DNA of 64,000 bases from an uncultured SAR86 cluster bacterium (GCA_949373255.1 CASICS010000004.1:41625-105624); one strand, 5' to 3'. Counted from the first letter of the stretch, positions 39,795-53,825 are shown. Translations and numbers: made by a program. Notes: generated by a model from the letters alone, not told the origin.

Positions 39795-39826
39795 TGAGGG
39801 GCTTCAAAACCCTTCACATATTTTTT
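39794..39826 (+). terminator. rho-independent terminator ending the oxygenase/PanK-like operon
   Basis: The structure is GTGAGGGG-CTTCAAAA-CCCTTCAC followed by ATATTTTTT. Confidence 0.6.
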
Positions 39827-39873
39827 AGGTAATTAATAGAAGAAATGTCATTCAAACAAAACTTCCAAGTTTA

Positions 39874-40212
39874 CTAATCTCTTCTTTTAGAACATCTAGC
39901 GACGTACTCATCTTGCATAACTATCATTTTACCTTTCGATTGGGCTATTAATTCTTCACTATCCCCAGTAGTTGCCCCGACGCCTGGTAAAAGCAAAATA
40001 TTAAGCGCAATATCCCAGTTTCTTTGAGAAACTTGATCTCCAGAAAGAGCTTTTAAATTTTCAGACTCTCTATCCATCGAAACTTCTAAAGCCTCGCAGC
40101 TAAGATTCACATAAGGTAATTTTGAGACAGCCGCAGGTTGAATTGACGAAGGCTTAGAAGCGCAACTGACAATTCCAAGAATAACTAAAGTTAATATAAT
40201 TTTTTTAAGCAT
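39874..40212 (-). CDS. small lipoprotein, function unknown
   Basis: It has a signal peptide with a lipobox (LGIVS/C) and an SD AGGAGA 7 nt upstream. Confidence 0.6.
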   Translation of the reverse strand: MLKKIILTLVILGIVSCASKPSSIQPAAVSKLPYVNLSCEALEVSMDRESENLKALSGDQVSQRNWDIALNILLLPGVGATTGDSEELIAQSKGKMIVMQDEYVARCSKRRD

Positions 40213-40279
40213 AAAAGTCTCCTAAACATTATGTATGACCTTCAAACTTCCTTGGCGAAGGATTTAAATTAATAAATCC

Positions 40280-40308
40280 ATTTAATCTATTTAGCGCTTA
40301 TTATTCAA
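40280..40308 (-). promoter_or_regulatory. candidate sigma70 promoter for the lipoprotein gene (TTGAAT-17 nt-TTAAAT on the minus strand)
   Basis: The hexamers are read on the reverse strand between the rrn terminator and the lipoprotein ATG. Confidence 0.25.
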
Positions 40309-40318
40309 AGATAGCAAT

Positions 40319-40353
40319 AAAAAAAAGGGACCTCGTTAAAGAGATCCCTTTTT
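40319..40353 (-). terminator. rho-independent terminator of the rRNA operon
   Basis: The minus-strand RNA reads GGGAUCUC-UUUAAC-GAGGUCCC followed by U8, 14 nt downstream of the 5S. Confidence 0.7.
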
Positions 40354-40366
40354 ATTAAAATAAGAA

Positions 40367-40481
40367 GTCCGACGATGTCCTACTCTCGCATAGAAAAAAC
40401 TACACTACCATCGGCGCTAAGTGGTTTCACTTCTGAGTTCGAAATGGATCAGGTGGGTCACACTTGCTATTGTCATCGGAC
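40367..40481 (-). rRNA. rrf: 5S ribosomal RNA
   Basis: The reverse complement aligns along its length with E. coli 5S (…CCGAACTCAGAAGTGAAACCACTTAGCGCCGATGGTAGTGTAG…GCGAGAGTAGGACATCGTCGGAC). Confidence 0.9.
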
Positions 40482-40570
40482 AAAATTCTTATTTGTAAAA
40501 AATAATGTAATCCAACTGTTGCTACTGACAAATTAACTTGACGTTTATTTCCTAGATGTCTAGAAACATA

Positions 40571-43481
<2,911 letters not shown>

Positions 43482-43852
43482 TATATGTTTCTAAACAACT
43501 AGGTCTAAAAACTGTTAAGACATTTTGAATAATAAGCGCCAATTAAATTTGCCATTAGCATTCTAAGATATAAATATCTCAGAACATTATTGTATAAATT
43601 TGAAATAAATAAATTTATTTCGAACTTGATCTATCGTTAAAGTGAATAAATTCACTCTAAAAATAGTTTGATTAATAATTGATAACATTAATTATTAATC
43701 TAAATTAATGAATATACGAGGTCTCATCAACCTCATTCATTAATCGTTGGATTACATTACTTTAAAAGAACACACATAACTAAATACATAGTTATAAAAA
43801 TTCATATAATTCGAACGGACACTCACAAATAAAAAGGCTGTGTATAAATACA
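43482..43852 (-). other. 16S-23S internal transcribed spacer, very AT-rich, with no tRNA gene
   Basis: No GC-rich cloverleaf-capable segment and no TGGTGG.../GGGTC... acceptor sequence is present on either strand. Several AT-rich hairpins are present. Confidence 0.8.
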
Positions 43853-45385
<1,533 letters not shown>

Positions 45386-45570
45386 AATTAAACGGATAAT
45401 TTTTTTTATAAAAAAAAATATCAAAAAAATGAGTGATCTTCGAATAAATTCGAAGATTTACATATTGACACAAACCTTAATATTTTAAAGGTAAGTGCCC
45501 GCACGAATTACATGAACTAAACTGTAAAAAAACTCTCATTGTCGACGCCTAGACGTGACACGAAATCGGG

Positions 45571-45597
45571 ATTATACATAGGTTGTAATTAAATCAA
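45571..45597 (-). promoter_or_regulatory. candidate rrn promoter (TTGATT-15 nt-TATAAT on the minus strand) directly after the tyrS stop
   Basis: The minus strand reads GCTTTGATTTAATTACAACCTATGTATAATCCCG. A perfect -10 follows an A/T-rich upstream tract. The spacer is short, so this is tentative. Confidence 0.3.
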
Positions 45598-45605
45598 AGC
45601 TTTAA

Positions 45606-46826
45606 TTAAGCTTTTAACAAAACAATTTTTAAATACTTGTGTTTGCCTACTTGATAGGTGCTTTTTGAACCAACTTTTAAAATAAAACTTTCATCTACAA
45701 CCCTTTTGTTGTCTACTTTTACCGCTGCTTGTTTAATCATTCTTCTCGCTTCAGACTTACTATTACAAAGAATATTTTTATTTAACCCTTCGTGCGCAAG
45801 CAAGTTTATTAATGATATCTCTGATTCAGATATTTTTAAAATAATTTCATTAATTTTTGACGGGGCGTTCTTTTTGCTGAATCTACTTTTGAATTCTGCG
45901 AAGGCTTGTTGAGCTCTATCTTTTCCGTGAAATCTTTCTACTATTTCTAAGCTTAAGAGGTATTTAATGTTCATGGGATTCTCTCCATTTTTTTGAGAAT
46001 CTTTTAAATCTTTTAACTCGTTATTAGTTTTAAAACTAAGCAATTCTAAGTATCTCCACATGAGATCATCAGATATAGACATTAATTTTCCAAACATAGA
46101 ATTTGCATCTTCCTTTAGGCCAATATAGTTATCTAAAGATTTTGACATTTTCTTTACTCCATCTAATCCTTCCAATATTGGCACAGTCATAACTATCTGC
46201 TCTTTCATTCCCTTAAGTCTTTGAATATCTCTTCCGACAAGCAGATTAAACTTTTGATCGGTTCCGCCTAATTCTATATCAGATGATAAAGCATAAGAAT
46301 CGTAGCCCTGAACCAAAGGATATAAAAATTCATGAATAGAAATAGGTTTATTAGATTTAAACCTTTTGCTGAAATCGTCTCTCTCCAACATTCTTGCCAC
46401 AGTCATAGAAGAAGCTAGGGATATAAGATCGCTAGGTTTCATTTTATCAAACCAAGAGGAGTTATATTCAATTTTAGTTTTTTTTGGATCTAATATTTTA
46501 AATGCTTGATCAGCATATGTTTTAGCATTTTTTTTTAGTTGCACTTTAGATACTGCAGGTCTGGTTTCGTTAACCCCAGAAGGATCACCAATCATTCCCG
46601 TAAAATCTCCAATCAAAAAAACTATTTTATGACCTAGATCCTGGAACTGTTTTAACTTATTAATCAAGACAGTATGCCCCAGATGAAGGTCCGCAGAAGT
46701 AGGATCAAAACCAGCTTTTATCGTTAATTTTTTTTTGGTTTTCAACAAAGACAAGAAATCCTTTTCAGGAATAATTTCCTCTACGCCTCTTTTAAGAATT
46801 TCTATGCTTTCTTTATCTGTTGTCAT
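45606..46826 (-). CDS. tyrS: tyrosine--tRNA ligase (type 2, TyrZ-like, with a C-terminal S4 domain)
   Basis: It has the HIGH motif (ADLHLGHTV) and KMSKS ([10 protein letters not shown]). Confidence 0.9.
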   Translation of the reverse strand: MTTDKESIEILKRGVEEIIPEKDFLSLLKTKKKLTIKAGFDPTSADLHLGHTVLINKLKQFQDLGHKIVFLIGDFTGMIGDPSGVNETRPAVSKVQLKKNAKTYADQAFKILDPKKTKIEYNSSWFDKMKPSDLISLASSMTVARMLERDDFSKRFKSNKPISIHEFLYPLVQGYDSYALSSDIELGGTDQKFNLLVGRDIQRLKGMKEQIVMTVPILEGLDGVKKMSKSLDNYIGLKEDANSMFGKLMSISDDLMWRYLELLSFKTNNELKDLKDSQKNGENPMNIKYLLSLEIVERFHGKDRAQQAFAEFKSRFSKKNAPSKINEIILKISESEISLINLLAHEGLNKNILCNSKSEARRMIKQAAVKVDNKRVVDESFILKVGSKSTYQVGKHKYLKIVLLKA

Positions 46827-46902
46827 TACTGATAATACAATTTAAATTTAAAGAAAATTTTGTAAACTAGATTAACATTTAAAACATATCAAGAAATCAA
46901 TA

Positions 46903-48198
46903 ATGAAAATTATTTTATTTGAAATTAGATACTATTTAGCTTTTTTAGTGGCTACTTCATTGCTTCTTCTTGGTGTGGTTTTCAATCCGATCGAAAATAA
47001 TTCTAGCGAAACAGATAATTCGCTAGGTGCTGAAATTATTAGATCCAAGGTAGATCTTGAAAAACTATCTCTTATTAAAAATACAGATAATGCATCGTCC
47101 AATAGAACCCAATTAATTTACATAGAAAAAAATAATACTTTAATTAAATTATTGAGAGAGGCTGGTCTTTCAAATAAATATATAAAAGCCCTTATCAAAG
47201 CAAAAGGTTCTGAAAAAATGGCTAATATTAAAGAAGGAGATATATTGGAAGTAGAAATTAATATAAATCAAGTTCCAAAATCTATTTTTCTTTCTTCAGA
47301 TGGCTTGAATGGCTTAAGAGCAGAATTTAAAGATGGATTTTTTAAAATAGAGAGGTCCAAAAGAACTCCCGAAGTATTAGAAAGGTTTGCATCTGTGTCA
47401 ATTCAAGGTTCTCTTTATCAGTCAGCACTATCAGCAGGAATTCCTGACAGCGTCATTATGGATCTTGTCTATATATTCGGCTGGGATATTGATTTTATTT
47501 TTGATATTAGGCCTGGTGACTCTTTTGATCTTTTATATGAAGAGTATTTTTGGAAAGGAAATAAAGTTAAAAATGGAGATATAAAATCTGCAAGGTTTAA
47601 GAGAGGAAAAAAGGTTTATACAGCTGTAAGGTATTTTTTAAAAAATGGAGATAAAGAATATTTTTCTACTAGAGGAAAAAATGTCGAAAAAGCATTTTTG
47701 AGATCTCCTGTTGAGTTTAGTTATATAAGTTCAAAATATAATCTGAAAAGGAAGCACCCTATTTTAAATAGGATAAAAGCACACACCGGTGTGGATTATG
47801 CAGCTCCAACTGGTACTCCTGTCAGAACAACTGGAGCGGGCTCAGTCACAACTAGAGGAACTAATGGTGGATACGGAAAACTTATTGAAATTAAACACTC
47901 TGAAGATTACTCAACTAGATATGCTCATTTATCAAGATATAAAAAAGGCTTGGCTGTCGGCAGCAAAGTAAACCAAGGTGATGTTATTGGTTATGTCGGA
48001 AGAACTGGAAGAGCTACTGGCCCACATCTTCATTATGAATTTAGAGTAAATGGAATGCACACAAACCCACTAACAGTAAAACTTCCGGCAGCTAAGCCCA
48101 TAAACGAACAAGAAAAAAAGTCTTTTTTAAAAACTGCAATCGATGCTATGACAAAAATGGATAATTTCTACTTAAAGCTATATGCCGAAAGCAATTAA
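46903..48198 (+). CDS. M23-family murein endopeptidase (MepM/OapA-like)
   Basis: It has an N-terminal TM helix and M23 catalytic motifs HTGVDYAAPTGTPV and GPHLHYEF. Confidence 0.8.
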   Translation: MKIILFEIRYYLAFLVATSLLLLGVVFNPIENNSSETDNSLGAEIIRSKVDLEKLSLIKNTDNASSNRTQLIYIEKNNTLIKLLREAGLSNKYIKALIKAKGSEKMANIKEGDILEVEININQVPKSIFLSSDGLNGLRAEFKDGFFKIERSKRTPEVLERFASVSIQGSLYQSALSAGIPDSVIMDLVYIFGWDIDFIFDIRPGDSFDLLYEEYFWKGNKVKNGDIKSARFKRGKKVYTAVRYFLKNGDKEYFSTRGKNVEKAFLRSPVEFSYISSKYNLKRKHPILNRIKAHTGVDYAAPTGTPVRTTGAGSVTTRGTNGGYGKLIEIKHSEDYSTRYAHLSRYKKGLAVGSKVNQGDVIGYVGRTGRATGPHLHYEFRVNGMHTNPLTVKLPAAKPINEQEKKSFLKTAIDAMTKMDNFYLKLYAESN

Positions 48199-49324
48199 TA
48201 ATAAAAATTTATATATTGGAACTCTTTCAGGAACAAGTGCAGATTCCATTGATGCTGTGGTGGTAGAAATAAGTAAAAATTTAAATATTATTTGTTCGTC
48301 CTCGATAAAAATTCCAGCTGAAATGAAGACTCAAATTTTAAATTTGGCAAATAAAAAGACTAATTTAAAAAAATTTCCTTCTAGAGATTTAATTGAACTT
48401 GGAGAAGATTTTGCTATTTTAACTTCAAAACTAATCAATAGAATTTTAATACGTAATAAAGATTTGAACTTTAAGATTAGAGCTATTGGCTCTCATGGAC
48501 AAACTATTCAACATTTTCCGACAATAAAAAATCCATATACTCTTCAAATAGGCAATCCTAGTTTGATTGCAAAGACAACTGGTATTAAAACTATTGCTGA
48601 CTTCAGAACAGCCAATATAAATCATGGCGGAATTGGAGCTCCCCTCACGCCTGCGTTTCATAATCAATTTTTTTATTCTAAATCCTCAAATCGAGTTGTA
48701 ATAAATATTGGCGGGATCACAAATATAACCAGGTTAATTCCTAATTCACCTGTTATTGGCTGGGATTCTGGTCCAGGAAACTGCTTAATTGATCAATCTA
48801 TTCAGTTTTTTTCAAAAAATAAAAAACAATTTGATAAAGGTGGAGAAACTGCCAAAAAAGGAGAGTTTAAAAAACTGGAAAAAGTTATCAGACTGATTCT
48901 TTCAAGAAAATATTTTAAATCTGGACTTCCAAAAAGCCAAAGTATTATTAATTTTAATTTTACAGATATTTATCAAAGATTTAAAAATACAAAAAAATTC
49001 TCAGAAGATGACTGGGTTTCTGCGATGACAGAGATTACTGCAAAAAGTATAGCCAACGATTTGAATAAATTTTGTAATGTTGAAAATCTTGAAATTTATC
49101 TATGTGGCGGAGGAAGCAAAAATAAATATTTAATATCCAGAATCAAAGACCACATAAATTCTAACTGGAAAGTTATGAATACTGATAAATTGGGATTAGA
49201 TCCGATGTTAGTTGAGGCTTGTACTTTTGCATGGCTTGCAAAAATGCGATTAGCAAATGGGAAAATTAATTTAAAGCATTCAACTGGAGCAAACCCCTCT
49301 AGGTTGGGTGATATTTTTAAATAG
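48182..49324 (+). CDS. anmK: anhydro-N-acetylmuramic acid kinase
   Basis: It has N-terminal GTLSGTSADSIDAV and an ASKHA fold layout. Its position matches the Pseudomonas anmK-erpA-argC neighbourhood. Confidence 0.85.
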   Translation: MPKAINNKNLYIGTLSGTSADSIDAVVVEISKNLNIICSSSIKIPAEMKTQILNLANKKTNLKKFPSRDLIELGEDFAILTSKLINRILIRNKDLNFKIRAIGSHGQTIQHFPTIKNPYTLQIGNPSLIAKTTGIKTIADFRTANINHGGIGAPLTPAFHNQFFYSKSSNRVVINIGGITNITRLIPNSPVIGWDSGPGNCLIDQSIQFFSKNKKQFDKGGETAKKGEFKKLEKVIRLILSRKYFKSGLPKSQSIINFNFTDIYQRFKNTKKFSEDDWVSAMTEITAKSIANDLNKFCNVENLEIYLCGGGSKNKYLISRIKDHINSNWKVMNTDKLGLDPMLVEACTFAWLAKMRLANGKINLKHSTGANPSRLGDIFK

Positions 49325-49664
49325 AAAAAGATGAGCCACAACCGCAGGTCGTAACGGCATTAGGATTTTCTATAACAAATTTTGAACCTTCTAGATCTTC
49401 TTTATAATGAAGTGTTGATCCAAAAATATATTGCAAGCTAAGGGGATCTACAACTACAGAAACATCGGATTTAGTTAATGTAGTGTCCTCATCATCAAAC
49501 TCATTATCAAGTTTGAATCCATATTGAAATCCAGAGCATCCACCGCCTGTTACAAACACCCTTAAAGATAAATTTTCTTTATCTTCATTATCTAACAAGG
49601 CTTTAATTTTAATTAAAGCCTGATCAGACACTTTCAATTCTTGTGGGGTGTACTTTTCTACCAT
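49317..49664 (-). CDS. erpA: iron-sulfur cluster insertion protein ErpA (A-type carrier)
   Basis: It has GGGCSGFQYGF and a C-terminal CGCGSSFSI. Confidence 0.85.
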   Translation of the reverse strand: MVEKYTPQELKVSDQALIKIKALLDNEDKENLSLRVFVTGGGCSGFQYGFKLDNEFDDEDTTLTKSDVSVVVDPLSLQYIFGSTLHYKEDLEGSKFVIENPNAVTTCGCGSSFSI

Positions 49665-49676
49665 GTTTTTTAAATC

Positions 49677-50696
49677 TCAAATAAGAGTATATTCCTCTTT
49701 TTCTCCAATCATCAAATTTAAACACTGAATTGCCTGACCTGCAGCTCCCTTTATTAGATTATCGATCGCAACATGAATAACCGCAGTATTTTCATTAACG
49801 AACGGAGAAATATCACAAAAATTAGTATTTTGTACCTTTTTTAGTTCTGGAACGGTACCTTTTTTTAGCACTCTCACAAAGGTTTTTCCCTTATAATAGT
49901 TAGTATATAGATCAGATAAATCTCCGTTAAATCCTTCTAAATCAACATATGCTGTAATATATTCACCTCTATATATTGGCAATAGATGGGGGGTAAATAT
50001 CAAGTTTGAATCCAAACTGAAGTTTTCTTTTAAAAAAGATTTAATCTCAGGTTGATGGCGATGAAATTCTGGAGAATAAGCCTTAAAATTATTTTCTATG
50101 TCTTTTTTAAGAGAATCTTCAACCATGTTTCTTCCTGCTCCACTTATTCCTGATTTTACATCTAAAATTATTTTTGAATTAGGCTTAATATATTCAGCAA
50201 TTGGCATAAGCCCCAATAAAGAAGCGGTAGGATAGCATCCTGGAACTCCAATTAAATTAGCTTTTGAAATATCAGATGAGTTTATTTCTGGAAGGCCATA
50301 AATAGATGACTTTAATAGATCAGGAGATTTATGTTCAGTCCCATAAGCATTTTTCCAAATGCTCTCATTAGAGAAACGAAAATCTGCAGATAAATCTATT
50401 ACTTTAATATTTCTTTTTAATAAATCAGGGACGTAGCTCATTGAAAAGTCATGCTTAGTTGCAAAAAATACAATATCTAAATCAAAATTATTAATATTGT
50501 TTATATTTTCTAATTTGAGATTGGAGATATTAGAATATTTTTTTACGACATCGAAGAGTAATTTACCTTCGCTATTAAAAGACGAAACATAACTTACTTG
50601 AACGCCTTCATGCATATCTAAAAAAGATAGAAGCTCTTCGCCAACATAACCAGTAGCGCCGACTATTCCAATATTTTTTTTAACTATTTTCTTCAT
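49677..50696 (-). CDS. argC: N-acetyl-gamma-glutamyl-phosphate reductase
   Basis: It has the Rossmann motif GIVGATGYVGEEL and the active-site GCYPTA. Confidence 0.9.
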   Translation of the reverse strand: MKKIVKKNIGIVGATGYVGEELLSFLDMHEGVQVSYVSSFNSEGKLLFDVVKKYSNISNLKLENINNINNFDLDIVFFATKHDFSMSYVPDLLKRNIKVIDLSADFRFSNESIWKNAYGTEHKSPDLLKSSIYGLPEINSSDISKANLIGVPGCYPTASLLGLMPIAEYIKPNSKIILDVKSGISGAGRNMVEDSLKKDIENNFKAYSPEFHRHQPEIKSFLKENFSLDSNLIFTPHLLPIYRGEYITAYVDLEGFNGDLSDLYTNYYKGKTFVRVLKKGTVPELKKVQNTNFCDISPFVNENTAVIHVAIDNLIKGAAGQAIQCLNLMIGEKEEYTLI

Positions 50697-50739
50697 TAAT
50701 AGAGGTTTTTATAAAGTGCAGTATTATACTTAAGCACAA

Positions 50740-51501
50740 ATGAATAAAAAGAAAGTTATTTTATCCATATCAGCACATGATCCCACTGGTGGCGCAGGCT
50801 TGCAATGCGATATTTTAACTTCAAACTTATATAATCATCATTGTGTTTCAGCACTTACTGGTCAGACCGTCCAAACAAGTAAAAAGTTGCTTAAAAAGAT
50901 TCCAAGTCAGAAAGTAATTTTTAAAAATAATCTTGAAGAGTTAAATAAAAATTTTAAAATTGATGGAATTAAAATTGGAGTTTTATGGTCTGCGGAAATT
51001 TACAAAGAATTAATTAAATTTTTAAAAAAAATTGATATTCCCATCATTATTGACCCAATAATATCTGCAGGTGGTGGCGGTAACTTTTTATTAGATAAAG
51101 AAATCTCAGATCTTAAAAAACATTTATATCCCTTATCCAAAGTCATTACGCCAAATAGAGAAGAGCTAAAAAAAATTGGGGGATACAGTTCTTCGAAGGA
51201 CTCCATTAAAAATTTATATGAATCAGGCATTAAAAATGTCTATTTAACTGGAAGAGTCTATAAAAATGAGATAATTAATTATCTTTATATAAACGGAGAG
51301 AAAAAAATAGAAACTAAATCTCAATATATAAATTCAAAGGTTCATGGAACAGGCTGTGCTTTATCAACTTCTATTCTTTGTAATCTAGTAAATGGAAAAT
51401 CTATAGAAACTGCTTGTAAAAAATCGCATGCGCTTTTATTCAAACTAGTTAAAAACTCTATAAAAACTTCAGGTCAAAATATTATTAACTTCAAGATATG
51501 A
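50740..51501 (+). CDS. thiD: hydroxymethylpyrimidine/phosphomethylpyrimidine kinase
   Basis: It has SAHDPTGGAGLQCD and HGTGCALS motifs. Confidence 0.85.
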   Translation: MNKKKVILSISAHDPTGGAGLQCDILTSNLYNHHCVSALTGQTVQTSKKLLKKIPSQKVIFKNNLEELNKNFKIDGIKIGVLWSAEIYKELIKFLKKIDIPIIIDPIISAGGGGNFLLDKEISDLKKHLYPLSKVITPNREELKKIGGYSSSKDSIKNLYESGIKNVYLTGRVYKNEIINYLYINGEKKIETKSQYINSKVHGTGCALSTSILCNLVNGKSIETACKKSHALLFKLVKNSIKTSGQNIINFKI

Positions 51502-52121
51502 AAGGTATTTATGCAATTACTCCTTGCAATGAAGAAATTAATACTTTGTTAGAGAAAGTTAAGAGGTTATTAGATTCAGGTGTTCTTTTTTTTCAGTATA
51601 GAGATAAAAATTTACACAAGCATGAGATTTCTGAAAATGCATATAGGCTTTTAGAACTAATTAAAAAATATGATGCAAAATTAATAATAAATGACAGCCC
51701 GATGGTGGCGATGGAGATAGGAGCAGATGGTTTTCACTTAGGGCTAGAAGATTACCAGGAAAAAAAAATGCAAAACTTTTTAAATGAGCATTGCGAAGTT
51801 TTAAATGAAGATTATATCAAAGGAATATCTTGCAAATGGAATATGGAATTGATAGAAACTCCACCTGAAGAAATAATTAATTGGGACTACATAGCAGTAG
51901 GTGCTTTTTATAACTCCGCAACCAAAATTGACGCGACAACCAACAAAACTATAGAAAAGAACTTGCCCCTTAAAGTATCATTAAAACCGATAGTCGCTGT
52001 CGGCGGAATAAATCATAAAAATTTTGAGGAAGTTCTATCTTACGGCTACCAAATATTAGCAATTTCAGAGGGAATTTTTTCTGAAGACAGTTCAAACAAG
52101 ATTGTTAATTATTTTAAATAG
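51498..52121 (+). CDS. thiE: thiamine-phosphate synthase
   Basis: It has YRDK, LIINDS, GADGFHLG and VAVGGIN blocks. It overlaps the thiD stop by 4 nt. The middle region is diverged. Confidence 0.75.
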   Translation: MKGIYAITPCNEEINTLLEKVKRLLDSGVLFFQYRDKNLHKHEISENAYRLLELIKKYDAKLIINDSPMVAMEIGADGFHLGLEDYQEKKMQNFLNEHCEVLNEDYIKGISCKWNMELIETPPEEIINWDYIAVGAFYNSATKIDATTNKTIEKNLPLKVSLKPIVAVGGINHKNFEEVLSYGYQILAISEGIFSEDSSNKIVNYFK

Positions 52122-52127
52122 GGAATT

Positions 52128-53126
52128 ATGAAAAAAATAAATATTTTGGGCGTCGGAAATGCACTAGTAGATATTCAGTTTTCCATTAAAGACAATTTTC
52201 TTGAAAAACTAGGCCTCAAGAAGGGCACGATGGATTTAAAAGACCCTGAAGAGCAAAAAAATACTCATAGCAAATTGATAAAAACTTTCGGTGTTAGTAA
52301 AGATGCTTGTGGAGGCTCGGCTACAAATACTATTTATGCAGCTTCAATTTTGGGATCTAATTGTAGTTTCATCGGCAAAGTTGCAGACGACTCTAACGGA
52401 AATTTTTATATTGATAATTTAAACAAAGCGGGAATTAAAAATGATTGCATGTCTGAGAGTAAAGGTGTTTCTGGGAATTGCTTAATCATGATTAGCCCAG
52501 ATGCAGAAAGAACTATGAGTACGTTTCTAGGTATCAGTTCTGAATTACAAAAAATTGATATCAAAGAAGAATTAGTTTCTGAGGCAGAAATTGTTTATCT
52601 AGAGGGATATTTAGCAAGTTCCGATAGTTGTAACGAAGCTAGTAATGAAATTATCAGGCTTGCAAATGAAAATAAAACCAAAGTGGCTATAAGTTTGTCA
52701 GACCCCAATATAGTTGAAGCCTTCAAAGACAGATTGGAAGAGTGGATGGAAAATAAAATAGACTATTTGTTTTGTAACGAGGAAGAGGCAAAAGCTTTTT
52801 CAGGCTCTAGTGACTTGGAGATAGTCAAAAAAGAACTCAGTAAACTTGCTGAAACTTGTTTCATAACAAGAGGGAATGAAGGAGCAATAGTAATATCTAA
52901 TGGTGAAGATATAAAAATAGATGGCTTTAAAGCAAACGCTATTGATTCAAATGGAGCTGGAGATATGTTTGCTGGGGCAACTCTTTATAAAATAAGTAGC
53001 GGAGAAAGTAGCAAAAATGCTGCAAAATTTGGTTGTTTTCTTGCTTCCAAAGGTGTTGAAAATTATGGTCCAAGGCTGCTAGATGAGGATTATAGAAAAT
53101 ATCAGCAATTATTTAATCAAATCTAG
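52128..53126 (+). CDS. PfkB-family ribokinase-like kinase (adenosine kinase-like)
   Basis: It has GGSATNT and C-terminal DSNGAGDMFAG signatures. Confidence 0.7.
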   Translation: MKKINILGVGNALVDIQFSIKDNFLEKLGLKKGTMDLKDPEEQKNTHSKLIKTFGVSKDACGGSATNTIYAASILGSNCSFIGKVADDSNGNFYIDNLNKAGIKNDCMSESKGVSGNCLIMISPDAERTMSTFLGISSELQKIDIKEELVSEAEIVYLEGYLASSDSCNEASNEIIRLANENKTKVAISLSDPNIVEAFKDRLEEWMENKIDYLFCNEEEAKAFSGSSDLEIVKKELSKLAETCFITRGNEGAIVISNGEDIKIDGFKANAIDSNGAGDMFAGATLYKISSGESSKNAAKFGCFLASKGVENYGPRLLDEDYRKYQQLFNQI

Positions 53127-53183
53127 AAAAATTCAGTAGCAACTTATCATCGCATTTGATAAATTGCCCCCTCAAATATTTTT

Positions 53184-53807
53184 ATGCCAACTACAAAGAA
53201 AAAAATCTTAAAAAAAGCTCCTGCTAAAAAAGTTGTAGCTAAAAAAGCTCCTGCTAAAAAAGTTGTAGCTAAAAAAGCTCCTGCTAAAAAAGTTGTAGCT
53301 AAAAAAGTTGTAGCTAAAAAAGCTCCTGCTAAAAAAGTTGTAGCTAGAAAGAGCAAATCTAAAAAGGTAATAGTAAATCCATCAGATTTTGATTCGTTTG
53401 CAAAATCATTTACTCCTTATAATTCTTCAAAAACTGAGAAGTATATGAATAAGTCTCAGAAAAAACATTTTATTGGAATCCTTAATTCTTGGAAGAATGC
53501 TTTAGAATCCGAACAAGAAAAAACAGAAAAATTAATTCAACGAGATCAAAGTAACTTTCCTGATTCATTAGATAGAGCATCGAAAGAAGAAGAATTCATG
53601 CTCGAATTAAGAAAAAGAGAAAGAGAGAGGAAATTAATTTTAAAAATCGAGTTATCACTGAAAGATATTATTGATGATTTGTATGGCTACTGCGAAACCT
53701 GCGGAGTCGATATAGGTATTAAACGCCTAGAAGCAAGGCCAACAGCAACCAAGTGCATAGACTGTAAGACAGTTGACGAAATCAAAGAAAAACAACAATT
53801 CGGTTAG
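53184..53807 (+). CDS. dksA: RNA polymerase-binding transcription factor DksA with a ~55-aa Lys/Ala/Val/Pro repeat N-terminal extension
   Basis: The C-terminal 150 aa are collinear with E. coli DksA (YMNKSQ..., coiled-coil tip DSLDRASKEEE, RERERKLI, zinc finger CETCG...CIDCK). The N-terminus is (KKAPAKKVVA)n. Confidence 0.85.
   Translation: MPTTKKKILKKAPAKKVVAKKAPAKKVVAKKAPAKKVVAKKVVAKKAPAKKVVARKSKSKKVIVNPSDFDSFAKSFTPYNSSKTEKYMNKSQKKHFIGILNSWKNALESEQEKTEKLIQRDQSNFPDSLDRASKEEEFMLELRKRERERKLILKIELSLKDIIDDLYGYCETCGVDIGIKRLEARPTATKCIDCKTVDEIKEKQQFG
53211..53345 (+). repeat. perfect 30-bp coding tandem repeat (3 full copies, one 15-bp half unit, then 1 full copy)
   Basis: The unit is AAAAAAGCTCCTGCTAAAAAAGTTGTAGCT. 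Copies are identical at the DNA level. Confidence 0.9.
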
Positions 53808-53825
53808 TATTTAATTTCTCTTTAT

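Noticed and set aside
50697-50739. I looked for a TPP riboswitch upstream of thiD-thiE and a cobalamin riboswitch upstream of the TonB-dependent receptor (32443-32558).
   Set aside because: The intergenic spaces are only 43 nt and 116 nt and lack the conserved cores (for example CUGAGA for TPP). They are too short for either aptamer.
53211-53345. I considered the tandem repeats here and at 62076-62290 as a possible CRISPR array or minisatellite outside genes.
   Set aside because: The units are contiguous with no spacers, are multiples of 3 nt, and are in frame with dksA and rpmE. They are coding repeats.
53147-53356. Minus-strand 69-aa ORF (FLATTFLAGA repeats) opposite the start of dksA.
   Set aside because: It is the reverse-frame image of the 30-bp tandem repeat. 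The plus frame continues into an unmistakable DksA core, so the minus ORF is an artefact of the repeat.
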